DNA of 58,726 nucleotides from an uncultured Eubacteriales bacterium (GCA_913063835.1 CAJXZV010000002.1:1-58726), one strand, 5' to 3'. Shown: positions 45,208 through 55,049, counted from the stretch's first letter. The notes: a model not told the origin generated them from the letters alone. A program made the numbers and translations.

Positions 45208-46830
45208 CTAGGAGACCTTCCAGTGCGCCTCCTCACCCTTCAGCAAGGTGCGGAGGGTAAGAAGCATGATGCGCAGATCCAAGAGGAGCGAGTACCTCTT
45301 CGCGTAGAGGAGGTCGTACCGCAGCTTCTCCTCCACCGCCGTGTCGTACCTCGCGTACAGCTGGGCCAGCCCCGTGAGTCCGGGCTTGAGGAGGTGGCGG
45401 TGGTCGTAGTAGGGGATGGTCCCGGAGTACTCCCTCACGAACTCCGGCCTCTCGGGTCTCGGGCCCACGAGGGACATCGAGCCCAGAAGGACGTTGAAGA
45501 GCTGGGGGAGCTCATCGAGGCGGAAGCGGCGCAAAAGCCGCCCCACGCGCGTCACCCTCGGGTCGTCCGGCCCGGATAGGGTCGGACCGGTGTCGGCTTC
45601 CGCGCCCACCCTCATGGTCCGGAACTTCCAGAGGGTGTAGGGCCGGCCGCCGAGCCCGACGCGTGTCTGCCGGTAGAAGACCGGGCCCGGCGAGGAGAGC
45701 TTCACGGCGAGGGCGATGAGGGGGTACCACGGGAGCGTCAGGATGAGACCGAGGAGGGCGAAGCATATGTCCATCAGGCGCTTCGCCCAGGCCAGATGCC
45801 TGGGCACGCCCGTCGGGCCGGCCTCGAAGGCCAGGATGTCGTCCACCTGGGCCATCTTCGCGTCGAGCACCAGGAGGTCCCGGTATCCGGGCACGATGAG
45901 GACTCTCACCCCGGCCCGCGAGCACAGGGCGACGACCCTCGCCTTGTCCTCGAGCGCGGTGGTCGGGGTCAGAAGCACGACGTCGGGCCCTGGGAAGTCC
46001 CCATCCTCCAGGACCGAGGCCAGCGAGCCGAGCGGAAGCACGCGCACCCCCGGCGCGCTGCGCCGGCCCCCAGCGGACCCTCGCGCGCCTGCCGCAGACG
46101 CCACGGTGTCTTCCTCTCCGGCACCATGCCCGTCTCCGCCGGGCGCTGCCGTGGCCTCCGCCGGGGCACGGTCGGCCGCCGCGGCGACTTCCGAGAGCCA
46201 CCCTTCCGGAGACCGCGGCGGACGGCCGACCAGAGTCGCCAGGACCTCCCAGCCTGTGTGTCCTGCTCTGGTCAGCCGCCGGGTGAAGAGCTCTGCCTCG
46301 CCCGCCGGCCCGCAGACGATGACCCTCTCCGGAGCCCACGCCTTGTGGGCCGCGTGCCAGACAGCGCCGCGCCAAAGAAGGAGGACCACCACGTGAAGGA
46401 GCCAGGCCAGGAGGAACACACTCCGCGGCAGAGCGAACGTCCGCGCGACAAAGCTGAGGGCCATGCCCAGGAAGACGAGCATGGTCGAGGAGGCGACGAC
46501 GCCGGATGCGGCGGTGCGCCAGCTCTGCGGCCGGAGGTCATAAAGGCCGTAGGAGAGGAACAGGAGAAGGGCCAGCACGGTGAGGCCAGGAGCTGAGTCG
46601 AGGTAGGCCTGGAAGTTGACCTCCGGCAGGACCCCACCGAAGCGGATGAGGAAGGCGCCCAGGTAGCCGGCATGGACGAGAGCCAGGTCGCCGACAGCCA
46701 CCGCGACGGCCCAGGGGCCGTAGCTCCGGGCAGGGCGGTGCGCCGTCTTAGGCCCGCCTGCCGTCAGGTCGAGCCGAGGCCTTCGGAGCCCTTGACCATC
46801 CTCCGTCAACGTCCTGGGGCCTCCTCTCAC
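45208..46830 (-). CDS. Polyprenyl-phosphate hexose-1-phosphate transferase (WbaP/EpsL-type priming 'bacterial sugar transferase')
   Basis: N-terminal TM helices and a central Rossmann-like linker. C-terminal ..KRLMDICFALLGLIL...SPGPVFYRQTRVGLGGRPYTLWKFRTM...DELPQLFNVLLGSMSLVGPRPERPEF... Confidence 0.85.
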   Translation of the reverse strand: MRGGPRTLTEDGQGLRRPRLDLTAGGPKTAHRPARSYGPWAVAVAVGDLALVHAGYLGAFLIRFGGVLPEVNFQAYLDSAPGLTVLALLLFLSYGLYDLRPQSWRTAASGVVASSTMLVFLGMALSFVARTFALPRSVFLLAWLLHVVVLLLWRGAVWHAAHKAWAPERVIVCGPAGEAELFTRRLTRAGHTGWEVLATLVGRPPRSPEGWLSEVAAAADRAPAEATAAPGGDGHGAGEEDTVASAAGARGSAGGRRSAPGVRVLPLGSLASVLEDGDFPGPDVVLLTPTTALEDKARVVALCSRAGVRVLIVPGYRDLLVLDAKMAQVDDILAFEAGPTGVPRHLAWAKRLMDICFALLGLILTLPWYPLIALAVKLSSPGPVFYRQTRVGLGGRPYTLWKFRTMRVGAEADTGPTLSGPDDPRVTRVGRLLRRFRLDELPQLFNVLLGSMSLVGPRPERPEFVREYSGTIPYYDHRHLLKPGLTGLAQLYARYDTAVEEKLRYDLLYAKRYSLLLDLRIMLLTLRTLLKGEEAHWKVS

Positions 46831-46896
46831 ATCACAAGAGCCGTCAGCGCGGTCCAGGCGACCACCCGGCCGTCAGACCGGTGCCTCAGAAGGGCC

Positions 46897-48441
46897 TCAG
46901 TCGATCTGCCCCAGGAGCCACTCGATGGCCCGGTCGAGCTGGCGGTCGCCGGTGTAGGGCGGCCAGGTCTGGCCCTGGCCGGGGGCGTCTTCAGCGGCAC
47001 CGGCGGGATGGTCCTCTATCCGTGCCTGATTGAGGGCGGCCACCGTCTCCGGGTCGGTCCTGCCGGTCACGGGGAGGCCCACCGCCATCTGGAAGTAGGC
47101 CAGGGCCCGCTGGGTGGCCGACCCGAAGACGCCGTTCTCCGGCCCGGCGTCGTACCCGAGCTGGTTCAGCCGGGCCTGGAGGCACACGACGTCGGAGCCC
47201 TTGTCGCCGAGCCCGAAGACCCACCTGTCGGTCACGGGGACGAACGGCTCCCGCCCGGTCGGGGTGAGGTCGGAGGGGACCACCTCGTCGGGGGTGATGC
47301 CCACCCCGTCTATCTCCCGCCCGAGCCCGCTCCTCCACGCGGCCGTGGTGAACTTGAGGCCCCCGCCGTTGCTGAGGTGGTAGACGGTCTGGACGCTCCC
47401 TTTCCCGTAGGTCTTCTCTCCGAAGAGGCGGGCCAGCCCCCATTCCTGAAGGGAAGCGGCCAGTATCTCCGAGGCGCTGGCCGAGTAGCGGTTCACCAGG
47501 ACGGCCAGCGGCAGGTCGAACCGGCCCCACGGGTCCTCGGGGACGCCTTGGAGCGGACGGTAGTCGGCCCCGGTCCGGGCCCGGATTATCTCGGAGCCGT
47601 GGGCCGACTCGACCCTGACGATGTGGTGGCGCTCGGGGAGGAACCGCTCGACGACGGCCACGCAGGAGTCGAGCAGGCCTCCGGGATTGTTCCTCACGTC
47701 GAGGACCAGCGCCTCGGCTCTCTCCTCGAGCACCGCCAGGAGGGCCTCGTCGAACTCGGCCCCGGTGTCGCGGTCGAAGCTGATGATGCGGATGTAGCCG
47801 ATCTTCCTCCCCTCGTGCTGGAGGACGTCCCAGTCGACGGAGGAGATCTTGATGAGCATCCGGACGATCTCCACGGTGATGGGGGCGGGCTCCCCCTCGC
47901 GGCTGATGGTCAGGGAGACGACGGTCCCCGGCTGGCCGCGGATGCGGGAGGCGGCGGCGAGACCCTCGCCCTCGATGCTCACCCCGTCGACGGCGATGAT
48001 CCTGTCCCCGGGGAGGAGGCCGGCCTTCTCGGCCCCGTAGCCGGGAAGGACGTTGAGGATCACCAGGCAGCCCTTCTCGTCCTCCTGAACCGTGACCCCG
48101 ATGCCGCCGAACTCGCCCTCCAGGTCGCTCATGAACTCGTCCATCTCGTCGGGGTCGTAGTAGGAGGCGTAGTAGTCCCGGAGGCCCATGAGCATGCCCT
48201 GGATGGCGTGTTCGGCGAGTTCCTCCGGGTCGGGGCACCGCAGGCTGTAGTGTTGAAGGAGGGTGAAGACCTCCTCCAGGAGGGCCGCCGGGTCCGGCCC
48301 GGGCGGTGCATACGGGTAGGAGCCGCCGGCGGCTGAGGCCCTCGCCTCGTGGAGAGGCGTCCAGACGCCCAGAACCAAGGTGACGGCCAGGAGAAGGCTC
48401 ACCAGGAGCCTGGCCCTGGGCCGCGTGCGCGGGGTGTTCAT
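46897..48441 (-). CDS. Carboxy-terminal processing peptidase (S41) with a PDZ domain and a C-terminal peptidoglycan-binding domain
   Basis: Signal peptide. PDZ ..VLPGYGAEKAGLLPGDRIIAVDG... S41 ..VLVNRYSASASEILA...KTYGKGSVQ... PG_binding_1 ..VVCLQARLNQLGYDAGPENGVFGSATQRAL... Confidence 0.9.
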   Translation of the reverse strand: MNTPRTRPRARLLVSLLLAVTLVLGVWTPLHEARASAAGGSYPYAPPGPDPAALLEEVFTLLQHYSLRCPDPEELAEHAIQGMLMGLRDYYASYYDPDEMDEFMSDLEGEFGGIGVTVQEDEKGCLVILNVLPGYGAEKAGLLPGDRIIAVDGVSIEGEGLAAASRIRGQPGTVVSLTISREGEPAPITVEIVRMLIKISSVDWDVLQHEGRKIGYIRIISFDRDTGAEFDEALLAVLEERAEALVLDVRNNPGGLLDSCVAVVERFLPERHHIVRVESAHGSEIIRARTGADYRPLQGVPEDPWGRFDLPLAVLVNRYSASASEILAASLQEWGLARLFGEKTYGKGSVQTVYHLSNGGGLKFTTAAWRSGLGREIDGVGITPDEVVPSDLTPTGREPFVPVTDRWVFGLGDKGSDVVCLQARLNQLGYDAGPENGVFGSATQRALAYFQMAVGLPVTGRTDPETVAALNQARIEDHPAGAAEDAPGQGQTWPPYTGDRQLDRAIEWLLGQID

Positions 48442-48614
48442 GGCGGAGACCTCACTTCCGGGGGTTCGTGTTTCCTCGCCCCTCGGCGGGCCGCGGGGTC
48501 CTCCTGTCCACAGCTCGACGCCGGAGCGAGTCTTGTGTCTTCATTAGACTTAACGGCGGGAGGTCCGGTTCCTGCGTGCTGGACGGTCCGCCCGGCGGAC
48601 TCGACCCCTGACGT

Positions 48615-48647
48615 GGAGGAGGGGGCGCATGATGCGCCCCCTCCTCC
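48615..48647 (-). terminator. Strong hairpin (15-bp GC-rich stem, 3-nt loop) 35 nt downstream of the S-layer paralogue stop; no U-tract
   Basis: ggaggagggggcgca-tga-tgcgccccctcctcc, read directly. Confidence 0.5.
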
Positions 48648-48681
48648 TGCGTCCGGCTCACAGGTGCCGGTAGGCGTCTGG

Positions 48682-50616
48682 CTACGGACCGGCCTCGATC
48701 CAGATCATCCCGTCCGTGTCGTCGTACTCGAGGACGTCGCCGACCGACAGGGCCTCGTAGCCGCCGTAGACGTACTTGCCCTCGTCGTCCAGGACGTAGA
48801 TGACGATATCGGGGTCGTCGACGAACTTAAGCTCGCCAGTGGTGACGTTCTCCAGCGTCATGCTGCCGTCCGAGAGGGCGATGACCTCCCACTCGCCGCC
48901 GGCGCCGAAGGTGTACTCCTGGAAGTTGGTGACCGTGTTGGTGGCCTCGTCGATGGTCAGCTTACCGAAGTCGGTGCCGTCGAAGTCGTAGCCGGAGTAG
49001 TCGTCGTCGTCGGTCGGATAGGTGACCTCGACGCCGCGGTTGTCCACGGTGACGGTGTCACCCTCGGAGCTGTCCTCCCACGACACGAGCTGGACGTACG
49101 GGGTCACCTGCGTGTAGGCGATCTCGACGAAGAGCTCGCTCTCGAAGTCGAGACCGTACCTGACCTGGTCATCCTTGCCGGGAGCCGTGAGGTAGGTGTC
49201 GTCCAGGATGTAGGCGGTGTCCCCGATGAAGACCTTGGTGACCGGGCCCGGATAGGTCTCCGTGACCTTCGTCACCACGCCCTCGACCACCTGGCGCACG
49301 ACGCGGATGATGTACGGGGCCTGGGTGTCGTCGTCGTTGACGAAGGCGACCTCGATGACGTCGTTGACCGCCAGCTTGTCGCGGTCGGTCACGTCACCCG
49401 TGACCTGGCAGTCGGCCGGGATGGCGATGTCGTTCAGGCCGCTGGCCGAGTCGAACATGGCCGCCGCGGTCTCGTTGCCCTCCTCGTCATACTCAGAGGG
49501 CGTGAAGTCGGTGATGTAGTCCACAGGCTTGAACCTGTGGGCCACGCAGTTGACGGCCTTGCCGTCCGCGCCCAGGGTGAGCGTCAGCTCGTCGCCGGCC
49601 TGGAGGTCGCCCTGAGTCTTGCCGTCGACGGTGTTCAGGACGACGTCCACCCCCGCCGCCTCGTCGAACGGGACCTCGGTCCCGTCCTCAAGGACGATGG
49701 TGTCGGCGGTGCCGTTGCCGTCAGCGTCCGCCAGGTTGGCGAACACGCCGGTCACCACCGTGGCCTTGTCGAGGAGCTCGATGAAGATGACCTCGCCGTC
49801 CTCGTTCAGCACGATACGGACGTTGAACGAACGCAGGGACTCGTAGTCGGACGCCCCGACGATGTAGACCGGGTCGGCGAGCGGATGGGTAGCGCCGCCG
49901 ACCGTGACCGTCGGCGGGTCGGCCGCCAGGTCGTAGTCCTCGAACAGCCCCTCGAAGAGCAGACCGCTGAGAACGGCCGAGTCGGCGATCACGTTGCCGT
50001 CCTTGTCGAGCTTGTTGATCTGCATCGTCGCGAACAGCATCCGGGCGATGTCACCACGGCTCGCCGGCAGGTTCACCAGCCCCACGTCCACGTCACCCGT
50101 GAAGCCCTGCTCGACCCCGTAGAAGATGTAGTTGTAGGGCCAGAGCTGGTCGCCCACCATGGCGTCGTGACCCGAGATGGCCCGGACCAGCATCGTCACC
50201 GCCTCGGCGTACGTCACCGGGTTGTCCGGCCCGAACGTCCCGTCCGGGTAGCCGCTGATGATCTCCGCGAAGACCGCCACGTTCACGTAGCCCCACGCCC
50301 ACGTGGGAATCTCGTCCGCAAAGGCCGGAGGCATGCCGCTCAGGCTCTCGGCCAGGTTGCCGAGACCGATGGTCTCCACCACCACCTTGCAGAACTGGGC
50401 CCGCGTGATGGGATCGTCAGGGTTCACCGGCCCGCCCAGACCATACTCGCCGCTGTAGACCCCCATGGCGCCCAGAAGCGTCAGCTCCCCTTCAGCGTCA
50501 TGGCCGGCGATGTCCGTGAACGCAGGACCGGCGATGTCCCCAGGAGCCGCGAAAGCCGTCGCGGCCAGACCGAAGACCATCACGGCCACCAGTGCAGAAA
50601 CCAGGACCTTCTTCAC
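48682..50616 (-). CDS. SLH-domain S-layer-type protein, paralogue 1 (644 aa)
   Basis: Signal peptide ..ATAFAAP. Three SLH repeats (..FTDIAGHDAEGEL.., ..FADEIPTWAWGYV.., ..WPYNYIFYGVEQGF..). The remainder is acidic, Thr/Val/Asp-rich and beta-type. GTG start after AAAGGGGGGA. Confidence 0.8.
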   Translation of the reverse strand: MKKVLVSALVAVMVFGLAATAFAAPGDIAGPAFTDIAGHDAEGELTLLGAMGVYSGEYGLGGPVNPDDPITRAQFCKVVVETIGLGNLAESLSGMPPAFADEIPTWAWGYVNVAVFAEIISGYPDGTFGPDNPVTYAEAVTMLVRAISGHDAMVGDQLWPYNYIFYGVEQGFTGDVDVGLVNLPASRGDIARMLFATMQINKLDKDGNVIADSAVLSGLLFEGLFEDYDLAADPPTVTVGGATHPLADPVYIVGASDYESLRSFNVRIVLNEDGEVIFIELLDKATVVTGVFANLADADGNGTADTIVLEDGTEVPFDEAAGVDVVLNTVDGKTQGDLQAGDELTLTLGADGKAVNCVAHRFKPVDYITDFTPSEYDEEGNETAAAMFDSASGLNDIAIPADCQVTGDVTDRDKLAVNDVIEVAFVNDDDTQAPYIIRVVRQVVEGVVTKVTETYPGPVTKVFIGDTAYILDDTYLTAPGKDDQVRYGLDFESELFVEIAYTQVTPYVQLVSWEDSSEGDTVTVDNRGVEVTYPTDDDDYSGYDFDGTDFGKLTIDEATNTVTNFQEYTFGAGGEWEVIALSDGSMTLENVTTGELKFVDDPDIVIYVLDDEGKYVYGGYEALSVGDVLEYDDTDGMIWIEAGP

Positions 50617-50742
50617 TCAGTTTCCCCCCTTTCCCTGTGGAATCGGCAGACGTGGCACCGCCTGCCGACGGTGGCTTTCTGTGGAGGCGTTTCCTTTCCT
50701 CCCGCAGGGAGGGAGGTTGTTGTTGGAGGATTAGCCAAGCGG

Positions 50743-52830
50743 CTAAGGCGACGGCTCCGGCTGAAGCACGAGGATGTATTCCGGGGCGGCAGGGTCGGTC
50801 AGGCGGACGGAGACGCCCTCGGTGAGGTCGCTGAGCGCGACGTGAGCTCCGACGGGGCCCGCCCCGCCGGCATCGTCGACAGCGTAGAGCGGCACCCGCC
50901 CGACGCACAGGGTCCAGGTGAGGCTGTCCGTGGTCAGGGTCAGACGCCCGTCGTCGGCGTCGACCGACACCACGGTGGCCTCGAAGAGGGCGGGCCGGGC
51001 GGGCTCCAGCTGGGAGGCCACGCCCCCGGGGGCGACATGGAGCCGGGCCAGGGACCCGGCAGGCGGGGTCTCCGCGCCCGCCGGCACCAGGTAGGTGAAC
51101 TCCGAACCCTTCCAGTCCACGGTGAGGAGGTCCGACCCTCCGGCCCGCAACCGACGCAGGACCTTCACCGTGACGGGCCCGCCGGGGAGGGGCCCCGGCT
51201 CGCCGAAGAAGGCGACCCTCCCCCAGCGGTCGAGACAGAAGGTGAGGGTGCGCCCGTCCAGGGCCGTGCTGACCCAGCCCTCGCAGAAGGGGCTGAAGGT
51301 CAGGGTCACGGTCTCGTCGGCGCCGTCGGGGAGGACTGTCACCTGCCAGTGCGGCCCTTCGGCGGTATAGCGGCGCCCGACGCTCTCGACCCTCCCGGTG
51401 ACCCGGTCGCGGTAGGCGTACACGCGCAGGGCTCTCTTCGGGGCCGACCCTTCCGTGGCGGCGTAGAAGATGTCCCGCTCCCTGAGCTCGGAGAAGTCCA
51501 CCGGCTCACCGTCGAGGTATATCTCGGTGTCCGGCGTCACCCGGAGGACCATCTCCCCGCCGGCCAACCCCATCCCCGCCGTGATGCGGCCCGTGGTCGG
51601 CCCTCCCTCGTACGAGGCCGGTTCGAACCGGAGGGACCTGATGACCCCCTCAGGGAGGTCCTCCTGGATGATGGAGACGTAGACGGCCCGGCCGCCCTCG
51701 AGAACCGCGGTCACCTCCGCCGTAGGCAGGACGACGGCGGGGTCGAACGGCCACCTCCGGCCGTTCAGCTCCACCACGGCCCCCGGGGCGCAGGGGACCA
51801 CCTGGCCCGATTCGAGCACCACCGCCTCGACGCCCGCCCCGTCGTCCCGGACCACCAGGGCCCCGAAGACGCCGGTCACCGGAGGCTCCGAGGCGTAGGC
51901 GCGGATGTAGGCCACGAAACCCACGCGGTCACGGAGCCAGTAGACCCTCCGGCCCACAAGCTCACCTTCCCCCGCCACCCCGGAGGCGACGAGGGTCGGT
52001 GCCAGCCGCAGGGTGTTGCCCTCGGCCGTCCTCAGGAGACCGGCGGCGAGGTCGGCGTCGGCGATGAGGGAGTGCCCTCCGAGGCCGGCCCCGATGGGGG
52101 GCGTGGAGAAGCTCGCATCATCTTCTTTCTCCGGCTCACCCGGGTCGAAGTCGCGCCAGCAGAAGAGGGCGTTGTGGATGAGGTAGGCCGTCTGGGCCCG
52201 TGTCAGCGGCCCCAGGGGCTCGACGAAGCGCCAGTCGTCCCCGCCGACGTCCGGGGAGAGGAGCCCGGTCTGGAAGGCCCTGTAGATGAAGCCGCTCGGC
52301 CACCCGCCCGTGACGTCCGTGTCGTTCCCGAGGGCCCGGAGAAGCATCGCCACGGCCTCACCCCCGCTGACGGTCTCCCCGGGGCGGAAGTCGACGCCGC
52401 CCGCCTCGCCCGGGACGCCCTTGATGATGCCGAGGGCCGAGCACGCGGAGACGGCCTCGGCCGCCCAGGCCGGGATGGAGGCCTCATCGCCGAAGCTCAC
52501 CGGCGGGAGGTCGGGCCCGCTCCTCCCTGGGTCGAGGGCCAGCAGGCGGGCCACCATCACCGCGAACTCGGCCCGGGTCACCGGCTCCGAAGGGCGGGCC
52601 GGCCCGCCGAGACCGCTCTCCCCCCGGACGATGCCGAGGGTGCCCAGGATGTCGAAGTAGTAGGCCTGACGGGCCGGGGTGTCGCTGAAGAAGTGCTCCC
52701 TGAAGGTGACGCCCTGAGCCAGGGCCGGCCGGCCGGGAAGACAGAGACCGACCGCCGCCAGCAGAGAGAGCACCAGGCAGAACGCACGGATGCCCACGGC
52801 TCGCGCCACCTGCCTCATGTCCGCCCGCAT
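50743..52830 (-). CDS. SLH-domain surface protein (695 aa) of unknown function
   Basis: ATG 52830 after GGGAAGGGAGG. Signal peptide ..PALAQG. SLH repeats (..FSDTPARQAYYFDIL.., ..FGDEASIPAWAAEAV.., ..WPSGFIYRAFQTGL..). Confidence 0.8.
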   Translation of the reverse strand: MRADMRQVARAVGIRAFCLVLSLLAAVGLCLPGRPALAQGVTFREHFFSDTPARQAYYFDILGTLGIVRGESGLGGPARPSEPVTRAEFAVMVARLLALDPGRSGPDLPPVSFGDEASIPAWAAEAVSACSALGIIKGVPGEAGGVDFRPGETVSGGEAVAMLLRALGNDTDVTGGWPSGFIYRAFQTGLLSPDVGGDDWRFVEPLGPLTRAQTAYLIHNALFCWRDFDPGEPEKEDDASFSTPPIGAGLGGHSLIADADLAAGLLRTAEGNTLRLAPTLVASGVAGEGELVGRRVYWLRDRVGFVAYIRAYASEPPVTGVFGALVVRDDGAGVEAVVLESGQVVPCAPGAVVELNGRRWPFDPAVVLPTAEVTAVLEGGRAVYVSIIQEDLPEGVIRSLRFEPASYEGGPTTGRITAGMGLAGGEMVLRVTPDTEIYLDGEPVDFSELRERDIFYAATEGSAPKRALRVYAYRDRVTGRVESVGRRYTAEGPHWQVTVLPDGADETVTLTFSPFCEGWVSTALDGRTLTFCLDRWGRVAFFGEPGPLPGGPVTVKVLRRLRAGGSDLLTVDWKGSEFTYLVPAGAETPPAGSLARLHVAPGGVASQLEPARPALFEATVVSVDADDGRLTLTTDSLTWTLCVGRVPLYAVDDAGGAGPVGAHVALSDLTEGVSVRLTDPAAPEYILVLQPEPSP

Positions 52831-53031
52831 CGGCCCTGCCTCCCTTCCCGGCCCCTCGGCCTCGTGAGCCACAACGCGCTTCCCGGTGTAGATTGCCCCA
52901 AGGGCGGCCCATATTCCTTTCCCATCCTGCGGCGTCGAACCCGCCGACCGCGGACATTCGTTTGCGCCCTTGGCTAAGTGCCGCAGGAACATATCCCGTG
53001 CCGTCCGCCTCCCGAGGCGGGCGGAGAGGGA

Positions 53032-53078
53032 GGGGCGCCCCTCGCGGGGCGCCCCAGGGGGAAGGGTCGGAGCCCTTC
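53032..53078 (-). terminator. Two tandem GC hairpins downstream of S-layer paralogue 2 (ggggcgcccc-tcgc-ggggcgcccc and gaaggg-tcggag-cccttc)
   Basis: Read directly, 31-77 nt past the stop at 53109. No U-tract. Confidence 0.4.
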
Positions 53079-53108
53079 CGTGCTGCGCATCAGGACCGGG
53101 CCGGGCCT

Positions 53109-55010
53109 TCAGTCGGCCACGAGCCAGATCATCTGCGTCGCGTCGGCGTTGAGGACGTCGCCCGCCTCGAGGCCGGCGAAGCCCACGTAGGCGGGGCCGT
53201 CGTCGGTGGCCTCGTAGATGGTGACCTCCGGGTCGCTGATGAACAGGATGTCGCCGGTCCCGAGGTCCTCCAGGGTCATCGTGCCGGCGGCCGCGTCGAC
53301 CGCGAGGACCTCGTAGTCGGTGGCCTCGTCGATGGCCATGACGGTGAAGTCGGTGATGACCTTGGTCGCGCCGTCGATGGTCGCCAGGCCGAACTCCCCG
53401 ATGTCGGCCGAGAAGTCGACCGTGGTCGCGTAGGTCAGGCTCTGACCGCGCGAGTCGACCGTCACGGTCTTGTTGCCCTCACTGTCGACCGTGTAGCTCT
53501 CGACCAGGACGTAGGGCGTCATGGCCTCGTAGCCGATCTCGACGAAGAGCGCGCCCGCGGCGTTCAGTCCGTACTTGACCTGAGCGCCGGAGCCCGGCAT
53601 GTCGGCCGGGTCCATGGCCCACTCGTAGGTCGTGGAGGCGCCGGAGGCGTCCGCGATGGTCACGAGGTAGTGCGGACCGGGGTAGGTCGTCTTCGTGCCC
53701 GTGACGACGCCCTCCGCGACCTCACGGGTGGCCTCGACGCGGATGACCTCACCGGCCGGGTCGGCCCCCATGGTGTAGAGGGTGACGACGTCCCAGACCG
53801 CCAGGTCGTCACGGTCGGCGGCCTGGCCGTTGACGGTCACCATGGCCGAAGCCGGGACGTCGTAATCGGCGCCGCCCGACAGCGTGATGTTGGTGTCGGA
53901 GTCGTCGTCGGACGGGACCACGTCGGTGATGTAGTCCTCGCCGATGTTGGCGCGGTAGGCCACGACGTGGGCGGCCACACCGTCGTCACCGAGGCTGACG
54001 AGACACTCGTCACCGGGCTCGAGGGTGACCCCCTGAGCGGCGTCGGCCCGGTTCAGGCTGACGGTCAGGGCGGCGTCGTAGGCGATCTTCGTCCCGTCCT
54101 CGAAGACCAGGTAGTCCACGTCACCCGAGTCGTCGTACTCGGCGAAGACGCCGCTGTAGCTGTCGGCGGCCTCGATGACGTGGATGAAGATGATGTCGCC
54201 CTCCGCGTCGGCCACGGCCCTGACGTTGAGGTTCATGAGGCCCTCGTAGTCGGAGGCGCCGACCAGGTAGACCTTCTCGGCGAGGTCGTAGGGCGCGCCG
54301 TCGATGGTCACCTGCGTGGCCGTGTAGTCGCTGAAGAGCCCCTCATGGACCCTTCCGGCCAGCATGGCCGTCCCCGCGATGGGCTGCCCGTCGGCGTCGA
54401 GGCGGTCGATCTGCATCATGGCGAAGATCATCGCCGCGACGTCACCGCGGGTGGCGGGCAGGCGCGGGAACGTCACCTCGACCCGGCCGTTGAAGCCCAC
54501 ATCCACCGCGTAGAAGAGGTAGTTGTAGGGCCACATGCCCTGCGGGAGCTGCTGCTCGTGGCCGCGCACGGCGCGGACCAGGACGGTCAGGACCTCGGCG
54601 TAGTTGATGGGGTCGTCCGGGCGGAACCTGCCCTGGTCGTCGCCTATCATGAGGCCCATGAAGTAGGCGGCGTTGACCCAACCCCAGGCCCAGGTCGGAA
54701 TCTCGTCCGCGTCGGCGAACGTCGGCACGAGCCCCGCCAGACCGGCCGCCGTGGCGCCCTTCCCGAGACCGCCGACGATCATCTTGGCGAACTCGGCCCG
54801 GGTGATGGGGTCGTCCGGACGGACCGGCCCCCCGATGCCCTCGTCACCGGTCATGATGCCGACCGCGGCCATGAGGGTCAGGTCCGCCTCGGCCTCGTGC
54901 CCCGCGATGTCGTTGAAGGCGGGGCCGGCGACCTCACCGGCGGCGAAGGCCGGAGCCCCGAGGCTCAGAACCAGAGCCAGGACCAGAGCTGCTGTTACGG
55001 CCTTCTTCAT
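53109..55010 (-). CDS. SLH-domain S-layer-type protein, paralogue 2 (633 aa)
   Basis: Colinear with 48682..50616 from the signal peptide to the C-terminus. Shared blocks are AGPAF.DIAGH.AE, EIPTWAWG, WPYNY, Y.VGASDYE.L, TYPGP, LFVEI.Y...TPYV and MIW. ATG after GGAAAGGAGGAGGAAG. Confidence 0.8.
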   Translation of the reverse strand: MKKAVTAALVLALVLSLGAPAFAAGEVAGPAFNDIAGHEAEADLTLMAAVGIMTGDEGIGGPVRPDDPITRAEFAKMIVGGLGKGATAAGLAGLVPTFADADEIPTWAWGWVNAAYFMGLMIGDDQGRFRPDDPINYAEVLTVLVRAVRGHEQQLPQGMWPYNYLFYAVDVGFNGRVEVTFPRLPATRGDVAAMIFAMMQIDRLDADGQPIAGTAMLAGRVHEGLFSDYTATQVTIDGAPYDLAEKVYLVGASDYEGLMNLNVRAVADAEGDIIFIHVIEAADSYSGVFAEYDDSGDVDYLVFEDGTKIAYDAALTVSLNRADAAQGVTLEPGDECLVSLGDDGVAAHVVAYRANIGEDYITDVVPSDDDSDTNITLSGGADYDVPASAMVTVNGQAADRDDLAVWDVVTLYTMGADPAGEVIRVEATREVAEGVVTGTKTTYPGPHYLVTIADASGASTTYEWAMDPADMPGSGAQVKYGLNAAGALFVEIGYEAMTPYVLVESYTVDSEGNKTVTVDSRGQSLTYATTVDFSADIGEFGLATIDGATKVITDFTVMAIDEATDYEVLAVDAAAGTMTLEDLGTGDILFISDPEVTIYEATDDGPAYVGFAGLEAGDVLNADATQMIWLVAD

Positions 55011-55049
55011 TCTTCCTCCTCCTTTCCGCTAAGCAGTAGTGATGATGCG

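Noticed and set aside
48349-52977. Very long plus-strand ORFs. These are the 1542 aa ORF here, plus 9466..11931 (821 aa), 16046..18190 (714 aa), 21724..24024 (766 aa), 25320..27365 (681 aa), 46672..48336 (554 aa) and 52893..55139 (748 aa).
   Set aside because: Each lies exactly antisense to a minus-strand gene with clear family motifs. Their translations are low-complexity Arg/Gly/Pro/Asp/His-rich with no recognisable domains. Such stop-free antisense frames are expected at about 70% GC.
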